The notes under the pieces: generated by a model
Databases searched by the model: none
Told to the model about the DNA's origin: nothing
Seen by the model: the letters and a program-made list of their open reading frames with translations, nothing else
Made by a program: the position numbers and the translations under genes
Assembly (NCBI GenBank): GCA_965243065.1
Contig: CBDETO010000005.1
Location: forward strand, 1,883,520-1,947,519
Length of the DNA stretch: 64,000 bases
Direction of reading: 5' to 3'
Source: Bdellovibrionales bacterium
Lineage (GTDB): Bacteria; Bdellovibrionota; Bdellovibrionia; Bdellovibrionales; UBA1609
Shown here: positions 26,766 to 38,363 of the stretch, in pieces
Layout of the letters: each line of letters opens with the position of its first letter
Position numbering within the stretch: the stretch's first letter is position 1

Positions 26766-29700
26766 GTGAGAGATTTACTAAATTTTTTTGATAAGCCAAA
26801 AGATCCATTAGCTTTTAATAGTGTTAGAGTTTCTTTGGCTTCGCCGGAAGTTATACAGTCCTGGAGTTATGGAGAAGTCAGAAAACCGGAAACTATAAAC
26901 TATCGGACTTTTAAACCGGAGCGGGAAGGCTTATTTTGCGCTAAAATTTTTGGACCAGTTAGGGACTATGAGTGTTTATGTGGAAAATACAAAGGAATGA
27001 AGTATCGTGGCGTTGTGTGTGAAAAATGTGGTGTGGAGGTGACCAGGTCTAAAGTGAGAAGGGAGCGTATGGGGCATATTCAACTGGCTGCTCCTGTGGC
27101 TCATGTATGGATGCTGCGTTCTCTACCCAGCCGGATTGGGATATTGTTGGATATGAATTTTAAAGAAGTGGAGCGGGTTCTTTATTGTGAATCTTATGTG
27201 GTCTTAGACCCTAAAGAAACAGACTTACATAAAGGTCAGCTTTTATCTGAAGCGGAATATCAAGCAGCTCAATTAAAGTACGGTCCTCATTTTACAGCTT
27301 CTATAGGGGGTGAGGCTATTCGTGATTTGTTAAAAGATCTGGATTTGGCATTTTTATCCAGAAAAATTCGTCGGGAATTAAAAGAAACGCAATTAATCAC
27401 TCTCAGTAAAAAACTGACAAAGCAATTAAAAGTGGTGGAAACTTTTTTACATTCCAAGAACAGACCGGAATGGATGATGATGTCTGTCCTTCCTGTGATT
27501 CCTCCTGATCTTCGGCCTTTGGTTCCTTTAGATGGCGGGCGATTTGCCGCTTCCGACTTAAACGATCTCTATCGTCGTGTGATTAACCGGAATAATCGTT
27601 TAAAAAAGCTTCAAGAATTAAATGCTCCGGAAGTTATTATTCGAAATGAAAAAAGAATGCTTCAAGAGGCTGTGGATTCTCTTTTAGATAATGGCCGAGG
27701 AGGCAAAACATTTACCAGTGCTAATAAAAGACCTTTGCGTTCTTTAAGTGATATGCTGAAGGGAAAACAAGGTCGTTTCCGACAAAATCTCCTTGGGAAA
27801 AGGGTGGATTACTCGGGACGATCGGTGATCGTGGTGGGGCCAGAGCTACGATTGCACCAATGTGGCTTACCTAAAAAGATGGCTTTGGAATTGTTTAAAC
27901 CTTTTGTCTATAACAGATTACACGAAAAGGGTTTAACAGTCGTAAAACAAGCAAAAAAAATGGTGGATCAGGAAAGTGTAGAGGTATGGGATATTTTGTC
28001 TGAGGTGGTGAAAGAGCATCCTGTTTTACTCAACCGGGCTCCCACTTTGCATCGTCTTGGTATTCAAGCTTTTGAACCTGTTTTGCATGAAGGTAACGCG
28101 ATTCAACTCCATCCTTTGGTGTGTACCGCTTTTAATGCGGATTTTGATGGAGACCAGATGGCAGCCCATGTTCCTTTGTCTGTGGAGGCCCAGGTGGAGG
28201 TCCGTGTTTTAATTATGTCCACCAATAATATTTTAAGTCCTGCCAATGGTAAGCCCATTATTAATCCCACTCAGGATATTGTATTAGGTATTTATTGGAT
28301 GACCCGTATTCGCCCGGGGGCTAAGGGAGAAGGTAAGATTTTTGGCAGTGTGCAAGATGTGATCTATGCTTATGAAAATGGGTATGTGGATCTACAAGCG
28401 GCTATTAAATGCCGTATAAAAAATAAGCTGGTGGATATTTCCGTAGGGCGTGCTCTACTAAGTGATGCTATTCCTCATCAAGTGCCACTTGAGGATTACA
28501 ATAAGTTGATGAATAAGAAAGCTTTAGCGGATTTGATTGATAAAACTTTTCGTTTATGTGGCGGGAAGAAAACGGTTTTGCTGGCGGATGCCTTAAAGAA
28601 CTATGGTTTTAAATATTCTACTATAGCCGGTATTTCTATCTGTTTAGATGATTTGGTGATTCCTAAGTCTAAAGACACTTTGTTGAAGCAAGCTCGTCAG
28701 AAAGTAGAGGAGATTCGGGCGCAGTACGATGAAGGTCTTATTACGGATAGTGAAAGGTATAATAAAGTTGTGGATATATGGACTCATTGTGGAGATCGGG
28801 TAGCTAAGGAGATGATGGGCAATTTGGAAAAGGAAACATTTACTTTAAAAGATGGAACAAAAGTGGAGTCGGATAGTTTTAACTCTATTTTTATTATGGC
28901 GGACTCCGGGGCAAGAGGTTCAGCGGCTCAGATTCGCCAGTTGGCTGGTATGCGGGGTTTAATGGCAAAGCCTTCTCAGGAGATTATTGAAACACCTATT
29001 ACGGCTAACTTTCGTGAAGGATTAACAGTTTTACAATATTTTATTTCCACTCATGGAGCGCGTAAGGGCTTAGCGGATACAGCATTAAAGACGGCTAACT
29101 CTGGTTACTTAACTCGTAAGTTAGTGGATGTGGCTCAGGATGTGGTGATTACAGAAGTGGATTGTAGGTCTGATGAGTATGTGGAAGTGCGTGCCCCTGT
29201 AGAGGCAGGAGGTATGGAGCAATCTCTAGGAGATCGTATATTAGGTAGAATCTCATTTGAGAATATCAGAAACCACGATAGTGGAGAGATGTTAGTGGAA
29301 GCGGGTCAGGAAATAGATGAAAATGTTTTATCCCGAATGGAAAAGGCTGGTATTACCAGTATCAAAATTCGTTCCGCTTTAACCTGCCAGGCTCATAGAG
29401 GAATTTGTATCAAATGTTATGGCCGTGATCTGGCTCGTGGTAAAACAGTTAACTTAGGTGAGCCGGTTGGAGTGATCGCCGCTCAATCTATTGGTGAGCC
29501 TGGTACTCAACTTACTATGAAAACCTTCCACACAGGAGGGACCGCCTCCCGTTCGGTAGAGCAGTCCGTGCATACAGCCCATCATGATGGAAGGGCTAAG
29601 TTTAACAATATTATTTTTGTTGAGAATAAAAATAAAAAATGGGCAGTGATGAATCGAGGTGGAGAGTTAATTATTGAAGATGAGGCGGGTCGTGAAAAAG

Positions 29701-30923
29701 AAAAATTAACTGTGCCCTATGGTTCTGTTTTAAGCGTAAAAGAAGGGGATCAGGTTAAGAAAGGGAACTTACTTGCGGAGTGGGATCCTTACTCTGATAT
29801 TATTGTGGCGGATGGATCTGGTCAGGTTAAGTTTATTGCTATTGAAGAAGGGGTATCTATGAGTGAGCAGATAGATCCCGTGACCGGTTTTGCTACCAAG
29901 GTGATTATCAAAAGCAAGTCTTCGGATCAAAAACCAACTGTGGCTATTGTGGATAAAGATGGAAGCCCTATCTTTGTTCCTGGTCGTAATACTCCTGTGT
30001 CCTATACTATACCTGTGGGGGCTCATTTGCTTGTGGCCGATGGGGATACGATTCAAGCGGGGGATATGATTGCAAAAATTCATAAAAAATCCACAAAAAC
30101 GAAAGATATTACAGGTGGTTTGCCTCGGGTGGCTGAATTGTTTGAAGCTAGAAAACCAAAAGAAGCGGCTATTATTTGTGAGGTCAATGGAACAGTGAGT
30201 TTTGGAAAAGATTTAAAAGGAAAACAAAGAGTGATCGTCACATCTAAAGATGATGAACAAAAAGAATATTTAATTCCAAAAGGGAAGCATATAGCCGTTC
30301 GGGAAGGGGAGTATATTAAAGCGGGAGAAACCATCATGGATGGTCCCAGTGACCCTCATGATATTTTACACATCTCTGGTAGTCAGGCTCTTTCTTCTTA
30401 TTTAGTAGATGAGATACAATCTGTGTATCGTTTGCAGGGTGTGGTCATTAACGACAAACATATTGAAGTGATTGTCAGTCAGATGCTCAGAAAAGTGGAG
30501 ATAGTGGATTCAGGAGACACAAAATACCTCGTTGGAGAACATGTGGAAAAAGTGGAAGTACGGCATGTGAACGAACAGATAGTAAAAGCCGGAGGAAAAC
30601 CAGCTCAGTTTAAGCGTCTTCTTATGGGTATTACCCGTATGTCTCTTAGTACGGACAGCTGGATTTCAGCTGCTTCTTTCCAAGAAACAACAAAAGTGCT
30701 TACCGAGGCGGCGGTTCAATCCAAGAGAGATAATTTAGCGGGCTTAAAAGAAAATATTGTTATGGGTCGTCTTATACCAGCCGGTACGGGACTTAGTGCT
30801 TATAGAAAATGGAAGTTGGTTTTTGAAGAAGAAGAGGAAGAAGAAAAAGTGGCTTTACCTGGTATGGGATTTTCTAATAAAGTAGAACAAAAAGAATCAG
30901 ATAGCCCATCCGTTAACCGATAA
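26766..30923 (+). CDS. rpoC: DNA-directed RNA polymerase subunit beta'
   Basis: 1385 aa. Zn-finger CLCGKYKG...CEKCGVEV, catalytic [13 protein letters not shown] start with AAGGGAG RBS. Confidence 0.98.
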   Translation: MRDLLNFFDKPKDPLAFNSVRVSLASPEVIQSWSYGEVRKPETINYRTFKPEREGLFCAKIFGPVRDYECLCGKYKGMKYRGVVCEKCGVEVTRSKVRRERMGHIQLAAPVAHVWMLRSLPSRIGILLDMNFKEVERVLYCESYVVLDPKETDLHKGQLLSEAEYQAAQLKYGPHFTASIGGEAIRDLLKDLDLAFLSRKIRRELKETQLITLSKKLTKQLKVVETFLHSKNRPEWMMMSVLPVIPPDLRPLVPLDGGRFAASDLNDLYRRVINRNNRLKKLQELNAPEVIIRNEKRMLQEAVDSLLDNGRGGKTFTSANKRPLRSLSDMLKGKQGRFRQNLLGKRVDYSGRSVIVVGPELRLHQCGLPKKMALELFKPFVYNRLHEKGLTVVKQAKKMVDQESVEVWDILSEVVKEHPVLLNRAPTLHRLGIQAFEPVLHEGNAIQLHPLVCTAFNADFDGDQMAAHVPLSVEAQVEVRVLIMSTNNILSPANGKPIINPTQDIVLGIYWMTRIRPGAKGEGKIFGSVQDVIYAYENGYVDLQAAIKCRIKNKLVDISVGRALLSDAIPHQVPLEDYNKLMNKKALADLIDKTFRLCGGKKTVLLADALKNYGFKYSTIAGISICLDDLVIPKSKDTLLKQARQKVEEIRAQYDEGLITDSERYNKVVDIWTHCGDRVAKEMMGNLEKETFTLKDGTKVESDSFNSIFIMADSGARGSAAQIRQLAGMRGLMAKPSQEIIETPITANFREGLTVLQYFISTHGARKGLADTALKTANSGYLTRKLVDVAQDVVITEVDCRSDEYVEVRAPVEAGGMEQSLGDRILGRISFENIRNHDSGEMLVEAGQEIDENVLSRMEKAGITSIKIRSALTCQAHRGICIKCYGRDLARGKTVNLGEPVGVIAAQSIGEPGTQLTMKTFHTGGTASRSVEQSVHTAHHDGRAKFNNIIFVENKNKKWAVMNRGGELIIEDEAGREKEKLTVPYGSVLSVKEGDQVKKGNLLAEWDPYSDIIVADGSGQVKFIAIEEGVSMSEQIDPVTGFATKVIIKSKSSDQKPTVAIVDKDGSPIFVPGRNTPVSYTIPVGAHLLVADGDTIQAGDMIAKIHKKSTKTKDITGGLPRVAELFEARKPKEAAIICEVNGTVSFGKDLKGKQRVIVTSKDDEQKEYLIPKGKHIAVREGEYIKAGETIMDGPSDPHDILHISGSQALSSYLVDEIQSVYRLQGVVINDKHIEVIVSQMLRKVEIVDSGDTKYLVGEHVEKVEVRHVNEQIVKAGGKPAQFKRLLMGITRMSLSTDSWISAASFQETTKVLTEAAVQSKRDNLAGLKENIVMGRLIPAGTGLSAYRKWKLVFEEEEEEEKVALPGMGFSNKVEQKESDSPSVNR

Positions 30924-30996
30924 TATAGCCTATAGTTTTTTGAATATTAAGCCGATCTAGTAAGAAAGCATTTTATAATTAAAAAAGGAGTAGAAA

Positions 30997-31242
30997 ATGA
31001 CAGCATTTATACTTACGGGCTTAGTGGCCACTACAGGAAGCCTTGGAACTTTAGCTATTCAAGGTGTGAACAGGGTTAATGAGGTAAAAGCTAATAAAAA
31101 AATATCCTGTACAGCAAAAACCCAGATTCAGATGAACCAGTACAATCAATGCTTGAGAAGGCAGAAAGAACAGTTAGCTTTTGGTAGTGCAGAAGTTGTG
31201 GATTGTGAAAAGCCTAAGGCTAAAGAGTGTGATACTCCTTAA
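30997..31242 (+). CDS. Small hypothetical protein (81 aa, 4 Cys, hydrophobic N-terminus)
   Basis: AAGGAG RBS. 3' end overlaps the convergent ung stop by 4 nt. Confidence 0.4.
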   Translation: MTAFILTGLVATTGSLGTLAIQGVNRVNEVKANKKISCTAKTQIQMNQYNQCLRRQKEQLAFGSAEVVDCEKPKAKECDTP

Positions 31243-31934
31243 TTCGGCAGACTCCAGTCAATTACCTCTTTCCCATGCTCTTTTAAATAAGTATTGGCTT
31301 TGGAAAAATGAGCGCAGCCAAAAAAACCCCGATCAGCGGAAAAAGGAGAAGGGTGTGGGGCTTTTAATACCAGATGCTTTTCTTGATTAATGAAATAGCC
31401 TTTTTTTTGAGCAAAACTGCCCCATAGCATGAATACCAAATGCTCCCTTTCTTCGTTTAATAAGTGTATAACTTTGTCTGTAAAAAACTCCCACCCTTTA
31501 TTTTGATGAGAACCGGCTTTGCCCGCCTCCACTGTCAAAGTGGAATTGAGAAGTAAAACTCCTTGTTTTGCCCAATAATTTAAACACCCGTGCGGGGGTT
31601 TAACAATACCTATGTCGGACTGTAATTCTTTGAAAATGTTGACTAAAGAGGGAGGGGCGGGAACAGAAGGTCGAACAGAAAAGCAAAGGCCATGCGCCTG
31701 ACGAGGACCGTGGTAGGGATCCTGGCCTAAAATAACCACTTTGACATCTTCAAAAGCAACTGCATCAAAAGCGGAAAAATACTCTTCTGGTCGAGGATAA
31801 ATACATTTTTTTAGTTTTATTTCTTGCACTAAAAAGGCTTTTAAATCCTGCATATAAGGTTGTTGAAATTCGGACAATAAACGGGTTTTCCAACTCTCTG
31901 ATAAACACACCTGGTTTTCGGTAATCATAGCCAT
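31239..31934 (-). CDS. ung: Uracil-DNA glycosylase (family 1)
   Basis: VVILGQDPYHGPRQAHGLCFSV and APHPSPFSA motifs. Confidence 0.92.
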   Translation of the reverse strand: MAMITENQVCLSESWKTRLLSEFQQPYMQDLKAFLVQEIKLKKCIYPRPEEYFSAFDAVAFEDVKVVILGQDPYHGPRQAHGLCFSVRPSVPAPPSLVNIFKELQSDIGIVKPPHGCLNYWAKQGVLLLNSTLTVEAGKAGSHQNKGWEFFTDKVIHLLNEEREHLVFMLWGSFAQKKGYFINQEKHLVLKAPHPSPFSADRGFFGCAHFSKANTYLKEHGKEVIDWSLPN

Positions 31935-32200
31935 TTTGTTATCCCTTGGGTATTATTTTCCTTAACTTTTCAGTTCTTTCCACCGGGGCAGCCAAGCCTT
32001 TAAATTCAGAATTTTCAAGCAGGATTGGTATAACTCCGGTATATTCACTTACACTATGTATATAAGATTTGTTTTTTTGTATAATTTTTATATAGTACCT
32101 TATCAAAAATAGAGGATATTGTCACTTTGATTTCTGTTTCTCGGTTTAAAATAAAGGGGAGCTTGACAAAATGGGGCTAAGTAACCACATTTAATATAGG

Positions 32201-32548
32201 ATGAAAGATAAAAAGAAAACGGTTTTATTAGAACCCTCTGGCGAGGAAAAAGCTTTTGTATATCAACAAGCTTTGGAACTAAGCCCTTTATTAGATAAAA
32301 GCGCACCGATTGCTGTGATCTTAGAAAAAAATGAATTTCAAAACCGATCTAAGTACTCTGTTACTTTTATTTTAATTCCCGATAAACTCAATATTAAAAT
32401 TACATCCGAAGGGGATAATTTGTTTGATGTTTGTATTACCGCTAAAAACAAAGCTAAAAAAACAATTAGTTATTTAATAAATCAGATGGACTCTCCTGCA
32501 AGAACCATTAAGATGGAGCACTTTAAAAAATTTCCCTATCCTCAATAA
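32201..32548 (+). CDS. Hypothetical; weak resemblance to HPF/RaiA ribosome-associated factor
   Basis: 115 aa. ITSEGDNLFDVCITAKNKAKKTISYL resembles the E-x-DMY-AID-x-DKL-RQL helix of the S30AE family. Tentative. Confidence 0.3.
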   Translation: MKDKKKTVLLEPSGEEKAFVYQQALELSPLLDKSAPIAVILEKNEFQNRSKYSVTFILIPDKLNIKITSEGDNLFDVCITAKNKAKKTISYLINQMDSPARTIKMEHFKKFPYPQ

Positions 32549-32549
32549 T

Positions 32550-32912
32550 TTAATATAACCCCCTAGTGATAGGTGTTTTTCCTGTTTCTTCACTTTCCGT
32601 ACCTGTAAATTCCGGTCCTTTTGGTTTTTTATTATCATCTCCATCGTCGTCATCTCCTCCGTCACCATCGCTTCCTCCGTCGTTGTCATTTCCTCCGTCA
32701 CCGTCACCATCGCTTCCTCCGTCGTCGTCATTTCCTCCATTGCTAGTAGTGCTCCCATCTCCATTTGTACTGGCTTTGGGTGTTTCAGAATTAGATATGT
32801 TTATACTGGGATTTTGAAAACTGCCTGATTCAGCCATAGGGGCGCAGTTATGAAACATAACAGCTAGGATAAAACCTATAACAGAAGATGTAAAAGTTTT
32901 TAAGTTCTTCAT
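32550..32912 (-). CDS. Secreted acidic Gly/Asp-repeat protein (120 aa)
   Basis: Signal peptide, then GGNDDDGGSDGDGDGGNDNDGGSDGDGGDDDDGDDN. Two other-frame ORFs in the track (32474-32764, 32566-32817) are shadows of this repeat. Confidence 0.5.
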   Translation of the reverse strand: MKNLKTFTSSVIGFILAVMFHNCAPMAESGSFQNPSINISNSETPKASTNGDGSTTSNGGNDDDGGSDGDGDGGNDNDGGSDGDGGDDDDGDDNKKPKGPEFTGTESEETGKTPITRGLY

Positions 32913-33161
32913 TTTTTATCATCCTTTATACCGAACCGGTTAGGAAAAAAGGGAGAACCTTCATAGCCCCCTTTTTCTCTCTTTTTCCTGGGAAAAGAGA
33001 GGATCGGAAAACATAAACAAGAATTTGGTATAAAAAAAGGTTTTCCACTTTTATTTAATCGGATTAATGTTGAGAAAAATTAAATCTTTAAGGAATTTTT
33101 ATTGCCGATTTAAAGCTTTTTTGATGTATATCGAACAGATTAGTATAGGAGTGAAGGAAAA

Positions 33162-34004
33162 ATGGACACCTGTCAAAAAATAATATGGACTAAAATGAGT
33201 GGAGCTGGAAACAGTTTTTGGATTACTTATTTGTCTCCTTCTTTTTTTCCTGACTTTGTGGATAAAGATTGGCCCGAGGTGGCTCGAAAAATTTGTCAAA
33301 GAGAAGATACCTCTGATACAGGGGATGGTTTAGTGGTTTTGGTCCCTTCCCGCACCTGTGACCTTAAGTGGTTATTTTATAATGCTGATGGTTCTTCTGC
33401 TGAAATGTGTGGCAATGCTGCTTGTTGTGTGACAGAGTATGCTTTTAAAAAAGGGGTAGTGCCGGCGGATCGTTCCTCAGTTACATTTGAAACTTTGGCT
33501 CAGAAAATAAAAGGGGATTTAGTGCGGGAAAAGGCCCGTATTTTTCTTAAACAAAATGAGAGTATTGAGGGGCCTTTTAAGATGGATTTTAATAGTAAAA
33601 CTATATCTTATATGTTTATAAATAGCTCTGTGCCTCATGCTGTAATTAAGCTGACAAAATGGTCAGAAGCAAAAGAGTGGACGGTGAGAAAAGAGTTGGC
33701 AAGAGTTTTAAGAAGAAAAACCACCCACCACAAAAATGGAATGAATGTTTCTTTTTACTGCTGTTCAGAGGAGGAAGGTCGGTTATTTGCTCGTACTTTT
33801 GAAAGGGGTGTGGAAGATTTTACTTCCGCTTGTGGAACGGGTGCTTTAGCCGTGGCACAGATACACAGACAGGCTTTTTCCCTTATGGATTTTATGCTTG
33901 TGGAAATGCCGGGAGGGCAGCTAAAAGTGGGGTTTCATTCTGATAAAACCGTTTCTCTTATGTCGCCCGTAAAATGGTTAAAAGAAATGGAGTGGCACTT
34001 TTAA
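33162..34004 (+). CDS. dapF: Diaminopimelate epimerase
   Basis: KMSGAGNSF, NADGSSAEMCGNAACC, ERGVEDFTSACGTGALA (both catalytic Cys contexts). Confidence 0.85.
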   Translation: MDTCQKIIWTKMSGAGNSFWITYLSPSFFPDFVDKDWPEVARKICQREDTSDTGDGLVVLVPSRTCDLKWLFYNADGSSAEMCGNAACCVTEYAFKKGVVPADRSSVTFETLAQKIKGDLVREKARIFLKQNESIEGPFKMDFNSKTISYMFINSSVPHAVIKLTKWSEAKEWTVRKELARVLRRKTTHHKNGMNVSFYCCSEEEGRLFARTFERGVEDFTSACGTGALAVAQIHRQAFSLMDFMLVEMPGGQLKVGFHSDKTVSLMSPVKWLKEMEWHF

Positions 34005-34044
34005 GTTCTATTGATACGAACCTGTATAGAAATGGTGTGAAATT

Positions 34045-35307
34045 ATGAAAAAAAAAGCTCTCTTACTAAGGCCATCTTTGCGATTTTATCCTATAAAGAT
34101 AAAGCAAAGAATACAAGAGACAACAGATAGTGTTTCTTTTGTATTTGAAGTTCCCAAAGAGCACAAAGAGTTATTTTATTACACTCCCGCTCAATTTCTT
34201 ACTTTTGAATTTCAAATTAAAGAAGAAAAATTTTTAAGAAGTTATTCTCTATCGTCTTGTCCGCTTTTAAATGAGGATTTAAAAACAACAGTTAAAAGGG
34301 TCAAAGACGGAGTGGTTTCTAACTATATGATAGATTTTTTAAAAACAGGAGACACTCTTCTTTCCCGGAAACCCGCCGGTCGCTTTTTTAAACCTCCAAC
34401 AGATCTAAAACCAAAACACTATTTTCTTTTTGCAGGAGGAAGCGGCATTACTCCTTTGTTCTCTATTATCAAAACCACTCTTCTTAGTGATCCTCATAAT
34501 AAGGTCAGCTTGTTTTATGCCAATAAAGAGGAGACTTGCATTATTTATTATAAGGAACTTCAGGATTTAGTGTCTCGTTACCAGGAGAGATTTAATATTA
34601 TCCATGTTTTAAGCCAGTCAAAAACCGCGGGCGGCGATATTTATGGCAGACTTAAAACAGAACATTTGGAAAAATATTTTGCTGATAAGGAAATAACCAA
34701 CCCTCACTATCTCTATTATTTATGTGGCCCTTTGGGTTTTATGCAAACAGTGCAGGATTTTTTAATACATAAGCAAGTAAAACGAGTCAATATTCGAAAA
34801 GAAAGTTTTTTTTCCACTTCTTCCCAAATATCAGGCACTTTGAGAAAGGATCATATAATAAAACCTCTGAAAGAGGGGTCTTTAAAAGAAGAATCGGAGA
34901 GGGCATCTATAAAACCACTTTCTACAGAAGAAGACAAACCAAAACAGGAAAATGATTTTACGAATGATTCCATAACGGAACCAGAAGTGTTGCTTTCGGG
35001 AAAAAAAGGAGAGAGTGAAAAAGCAAAGCCGCAAGTCATTAGAGCCTGTATTAATGAAGAGCTTATTGAAATTTCGGCTCAAGCAGATATTCCTATATTG
35101 GAACAACTACTATCTGCTGGATATTCTCCTCCTTTTTCTTGTCTTTCCGGTTCTTGTATGTCCTGTCTAGCTGTTTTAAATACAGGCCGGATCCGTCAGG
35201 AAGAAAGAGGTATTTTAGAAGACGAAAACCTGAAAAATCATGAAATTCTCACTTGTCAGGCTAAACCGGAGTCCCTATTAGTGGAAGTGGACTATGATAA
35301 TATGTGA
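34045..35307 (+). CDS. FNR-type flavin reductase fused to a plant-type 2Fe-2S ferredoxin domain (PaaE-like), with a ~75-aa S/E/K-rich linker
   Basis: RSYSLSS (FAD), GGSGITP (NAD(P)H), C-terminal CLSGSCMSC...C (Cx4Cx2C...C). Confidence 0.7.
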   Translation: MKKKALLLRPSLRFYPIKIKQRIQETTDSVSFVFEVPKEHKELFYYTPAQFLTFEFQIKEEKFLRSYSLSSCPLLNEDLKTTVKRVKDGVVSNYMIDFLKTGDTLLSRKPAGRFFKPPTDLKPKHYFLFAGGSGITPLFSIIKTTLLSDPHNKVSLFYANKEETCIIYYKELQDLVSRYQERFNIIHVLSQSKTAGGDIYGRLKTEHLEKYFADKEITNPHYLYYLCGPLGFMQTVQDFLIHKQVKRVNIRKESFFSTSSQISGTLRKDHIIKPLKEGSLKEESERASIKPLSTEEDKPKQENDFTNDSITEPEVLLSGKKGESEKAKPQVIRACINEELIEISAQADIPILEQLLSAGYSPPFSCLSGSCMSCLAVLNTGRIRQEERGILEDENLKNHEILTCQAKPESLLVEVDYDNM

Positions 35308-35440
35308 TTTGTAAATTATGGATTTATACCGGTTCGGTATAGAATTATGTTATAATATCGTTATGGCTAGCCGGAATATAATCATGGTCAGGCTAAACTT
35401 ATAGAGTTGTGTTAATCTCATCATGGAGAGGCTTGGGTAT

Positions 35441-35920
35441 ATGAAACTTTTATTTGTCTGTTTTGGAAATATTTGTCGCTCCCCTACTGCAGAAGCTATT
35501 ATGAATAAAATGGTTGAACAGGCTGGCCGGTCGGATCAGATCATTTGTGATTCTGCGGGTACTTCTCGACATCATGCCGGTCGTCCGGCTGACCCCAGAA
35601 TGAAAAAACAAGCGGAAACAAAGGGTTACAGTATCACCAGCATCAGCCGCTCTTTTGAGGTGGAGGACTTTGAACAGTGGGATTGGATTATTACAATGGA
35701 TAACTCTAATTACGAAGATGTTATGTCTTTAGCAACAACAGAAGAGTATAAGAAGAAAATTATTAAAATGGCGGACTTTTGCACATTAAAAAATGGTGAT
35801 TTTATTCCCGATCCCTATTATGGGGAATCCCGAAGTTTTGCTCATGTTATTTCTTTACTGGAGAATGCTTGTTCTCATCTTTTAAAACACTTAGTAAAGA
35901 CAAAAGACAGCGCTTCCTGA
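35441..35920 (+). CDS. Low-molecular-weight protein-tyrosine phosphatase
   Basis: MKLLFVCFGNICRSPTAEA (CX5R-S P-loop) and a DPYY motif near the C-terminus. Track start 35423 lacks an RBS. Confidence 0.85.
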   Translation: MKLLFVCFGNICRSPTAEAIMNKMVEQAGRSDQIICDSAGTSRHHAGRPADPRMKKQAETKGYSITSISRSFEVEDFEQWDWIITMDNSNYEDVMSLATTEEYKKKIIKMADFCTLKNGDFIPDPYYGESRSFAHVISLLENACSHLLKHLVKTKDSAS

Positions 35921-35948
35921 GTTATTAGATTCCTGCTTTTACGGGAAT

Positions 35949-37060
35949 TGTAAATGTTCACAAATTCGCTGACAAAATTGAGTTTATAAGGGAGCGTTAG
36001 AAAGCTCTAAATAACCCAAGATAAGGAGGCGAGTTATGAGGGATAACACACAAGATAAGACCCTATACAGGAACTATATTAGTAAGTGGCAGTATATGAT
36101 AAAAGACTATGAGTTAGTAAAGAGGAAGAAACATCCAAAGTTTCGATTTGTAAGTGATTTTTACAAATTCCATAAAACTAATCGTCAGACTTTTTTAAAA
36201 TACTATCATCGCTATTTAAGTCATCCTACAGAGGGGAGTCTTGTTCCTCGTAAGAGAGGTCCTAGATGGAGGTTAAGAAGGGGGGATAATAATAGCTATA
36301 TTGAGCAGGAGGTGCTAAAACACAGGGAAAATGGTGTTAATAGATACGAGATGTGTCATATACTAAACCCTCTTCTTAAGCAAAGGGGAGAGGTTCCGAT
36401 ATCGGCTAGTACGGTATATCGTATATTCAGGAGGAAGGGGGTAAATAAGTTGAAGCCGAAGATGATAGAGAATAAGCGCAAGATAATAAAGGAGAAGGCG
36501 GGGGAGTTAGGTCACATAGACTGCCATCATTTGGGTAAGGACATGATAGTGAAGTCAGGGGGTAAGAGGTACTATTTGGTGTGTGTTATAGATGATTGCA
36601 CGAGGATAGCTTGGGCTGAAGTGGTGGAGGATATAAAGAGTCTTACGGTGATGTTTTCGTGTTTAAAGATTTTTAATGTATTGAGCAAGAAGTATAAGAT
36701 GGAGTTTAAGGAGGTTATGAGTGATAATGGTTCAGAGTTTTCTTCTCGTAATAATCAGTTATCGCATCCGTTTGAGAGGATGTTGTTGGAGTTGGGGGTA
36801 AGGCATAGATATACAAGGCCGTATAGGCCACAGACGAATGGGAAGGTGGAGAGATTTTGGAGGAGTTTAAATGAGGATTTAATAGAGGGGAGTGTATTTG
36901 AGACGATAGAGGAGTTCAAGGATGAATTGGAGCAGTATTTGATATACTATAATGAGTTTAGACCTCATCAGGGTTTGAATCAGAAAACACCTCGGCAAAT
37001 GAATAACTCTTGTGAAAGAGTGAAGAAGTGATTCTGTCAGCGAATTAGTGAACACGTACA
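35949..37060 (+). mobile_element. IS481-family insertion sequence, copy 2
   Basis: Co-linear with copy 1 (offset 28584). One difference noticed in the right end (gattCtgtcag). Flanked by GGAAT at 35944-35948 and 37061-37065. Confidence 0.85.
36036..37031 (+). CDS. IS481-family DDE transposase (copy 2)
   Basis: Protein identical to 7452-8447. Confidence 0.9.
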   Translation: MRDNTQDKTLYRNYISKWQYMIKDYELVKRKKHPKFRFVSDFYKFHKTNRQTFLKYYHRYLSHPTEGSLVPRKRGPRWRLRRGDNNSYIEQEVLKHRENGVNRYEMCHILNPLLKQRGEVPISASTVYRIFRRKGVNKLKPKMIENKRKIIKEKAGELGHIDCHHLGKDMIVKSGGKRYYLVCVIDDCTRIAWAEVVEDIKSLTVMFSCLKIFNVLSKKYKMEFKEVMSDNGSEFSSRNNQLSHPFERMLLELGVRHRYTRPYRPQTNGKVERFWRSLNEDLIEGSVFETIEEFKDELEQYLIYYNEFRPHQGLNQKTPRQMNNSCERVKK

Positions 37061-37113
37061 GGAATGACAGATCTTTCGAGGGTTAGGACTATTTCAATGG
37101 CCGACTAATAACT

Positions 37114-38100
37114 CTATAGAACATGTAAGTTGTTTCGTTGTAAAAAAGAATGTTCATTATAGGACTCGTAGTGGCCTTTTTGGTTTTTTCTGATCCTTGC
37201 ACAAGCTGTTTCTTTGTCATGTGTGAAAAAAATAAGCCAGTTTTCCTCTTCTGCCTTCTGATATATAGCTTGTTTTTCCTCTATCAGTTTTTCCGGCCAG
37301 CGGTCATAACCCATAGTGATGGGGAGATGCACCCAAGCTCTGCCGGGAATAAGGTCCCCGGCAAAAAAAATTTTTTGCCCTTTTTCGTTCTGGAATATAG
37401 TGTGCATTTGCCCGGGAGTGTGACCATCGGTGAATATAAAAGATAGACCGAACCGGTCAAGAATTGGCATCCTTCGGATTTGTTCTTCCCTTGGGAGGGA
37501 AGAAAAACGATCGGAAAATTCAAAACCCGATGGGTGTAAATGGTTTTCTAAAATACCAGATGGTTTATTAGTTTCAACAATTATCAACCGACCACTTTGT
37601 TTAAGCTTATCTGTTAAGCCAGGGATAAAAGAAGCCCGGTCTCTTAAATGAGGTTGGCAAGCCCGGTCAAAAGCTTGTTTTCCTACGATGTAAAGAGCTT
37701 TAGGAAAACAAAGATCTGTGTTCCCTTTTTTTATTTCCGAGTAAGCGGGGAGTAGTCCTCCTGCATGATCAAAATGTAAATGTGATAAAATCACATAATC
37801 AATATCTTCCTCTGTCATTCCCAGAGTGGATAGATTTTTCAGTAACTCGTGGCTGTCTTTATTTTGTACGCCATATCGTTCAGCTAGTTTTGGTTCAAAA
37901 AAGGCCCCTATACCTGTTTCACATAAAATTTTAATTTCTCCCATTTCAATAAGAAGGCTGCGACAGGAGAGTTGAATACGGCCCTCGGAATCCGGGTTTT
38001 GCCAACGAGACCAAAGAACCCGTGGAGCATTGCCAAACATAGCTCCCCCATCCAAACATTGACCGTTACCTTCAATAGAAGAAAATAAAAATGGGTTCAT
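37114..38100 (-). CDS. MBL-fold metallo-hydrolase
   Basis: SHLHFDHAGG zinc motif. 328 aa. Confidence 0.75.
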   Translation of the reverse strand: MNPFLFSSIEGNGQCLDGGAMFGNAPRVLWSRWQNPDSEGRIQLSCRSLLIEMGEIKILCETGIGAFFEPKLAERYGVQNKDSHELLKNLSTLGMTEEDIDYVILSHLHFDHAGGLLPAYSEIKKGNTDLCFPKALYIVGKQAFDRACQPHLRDRASFIPGLTDKLKQSGRLIIVETNKPSGILENHLHPSGFEFSDRFSSLPREEQIRRMPILDRFGLSFIFTDGHTPGQMHTIFQNEKGQKIFFAGDLIPGRAWVHLPITMGYDRWPEKLIEEKQAIYQKAEEENWLIFFTHDKETACARIRKNQKGHYESYNEHSFLQRNNLHVL

Positions 38101-38363
38101 ATTTTAATATCTCCACTTTATATCTAGCGGGTATTATCCTCTTTTCCACCAGGACAAGTTTTTCCGTCCCTTTTCGGTTTTTTTCCTTCCTGGGTACAGG
38201 GGCCAGTTTAACACTGGAATTTTCAAACAGGATCGGTTATCTTTTTTACGATTTGACTTTTCCTCTTATTCAAGATGAAATGTTTGCTCTTCGTGCTCAT
38301 TTATAAATAAGTCTTTCAAAGTTAAGATCAGTATAACAAGAAAAATAACATAGTGACAGAGTT

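Noticed and set aside
22204-30337. Antisense ORFs inside rplL, rpoB and rpoC (e.g. 22204-22482, 22421-22630, 22956-23141, 23243-23518, 24699-24893, 25070-25366, 26489-26808, 29769-30083, 30080-30337)
   Set aside because: They are embedded in strongly supported essential genes. No independent signals were seen.
37441-37460. ACCGAACCGGTC match to the TATACCG-N3-CGGTATA palindrome inside the MBL hydrolase gene
   Set aside because: It is only the inner core, lacks the TATA arms, and lies within coding sequence (encodes DRFGLS). It is likely coincidental.
38091-38306. ORF 38091-38306 (+) and ORF 32103-32306 (-)
   Set aside because: Both lie in divergent promoter or dispersed-repeat regions, are hydrophobic low-complexity, and have no RBS.
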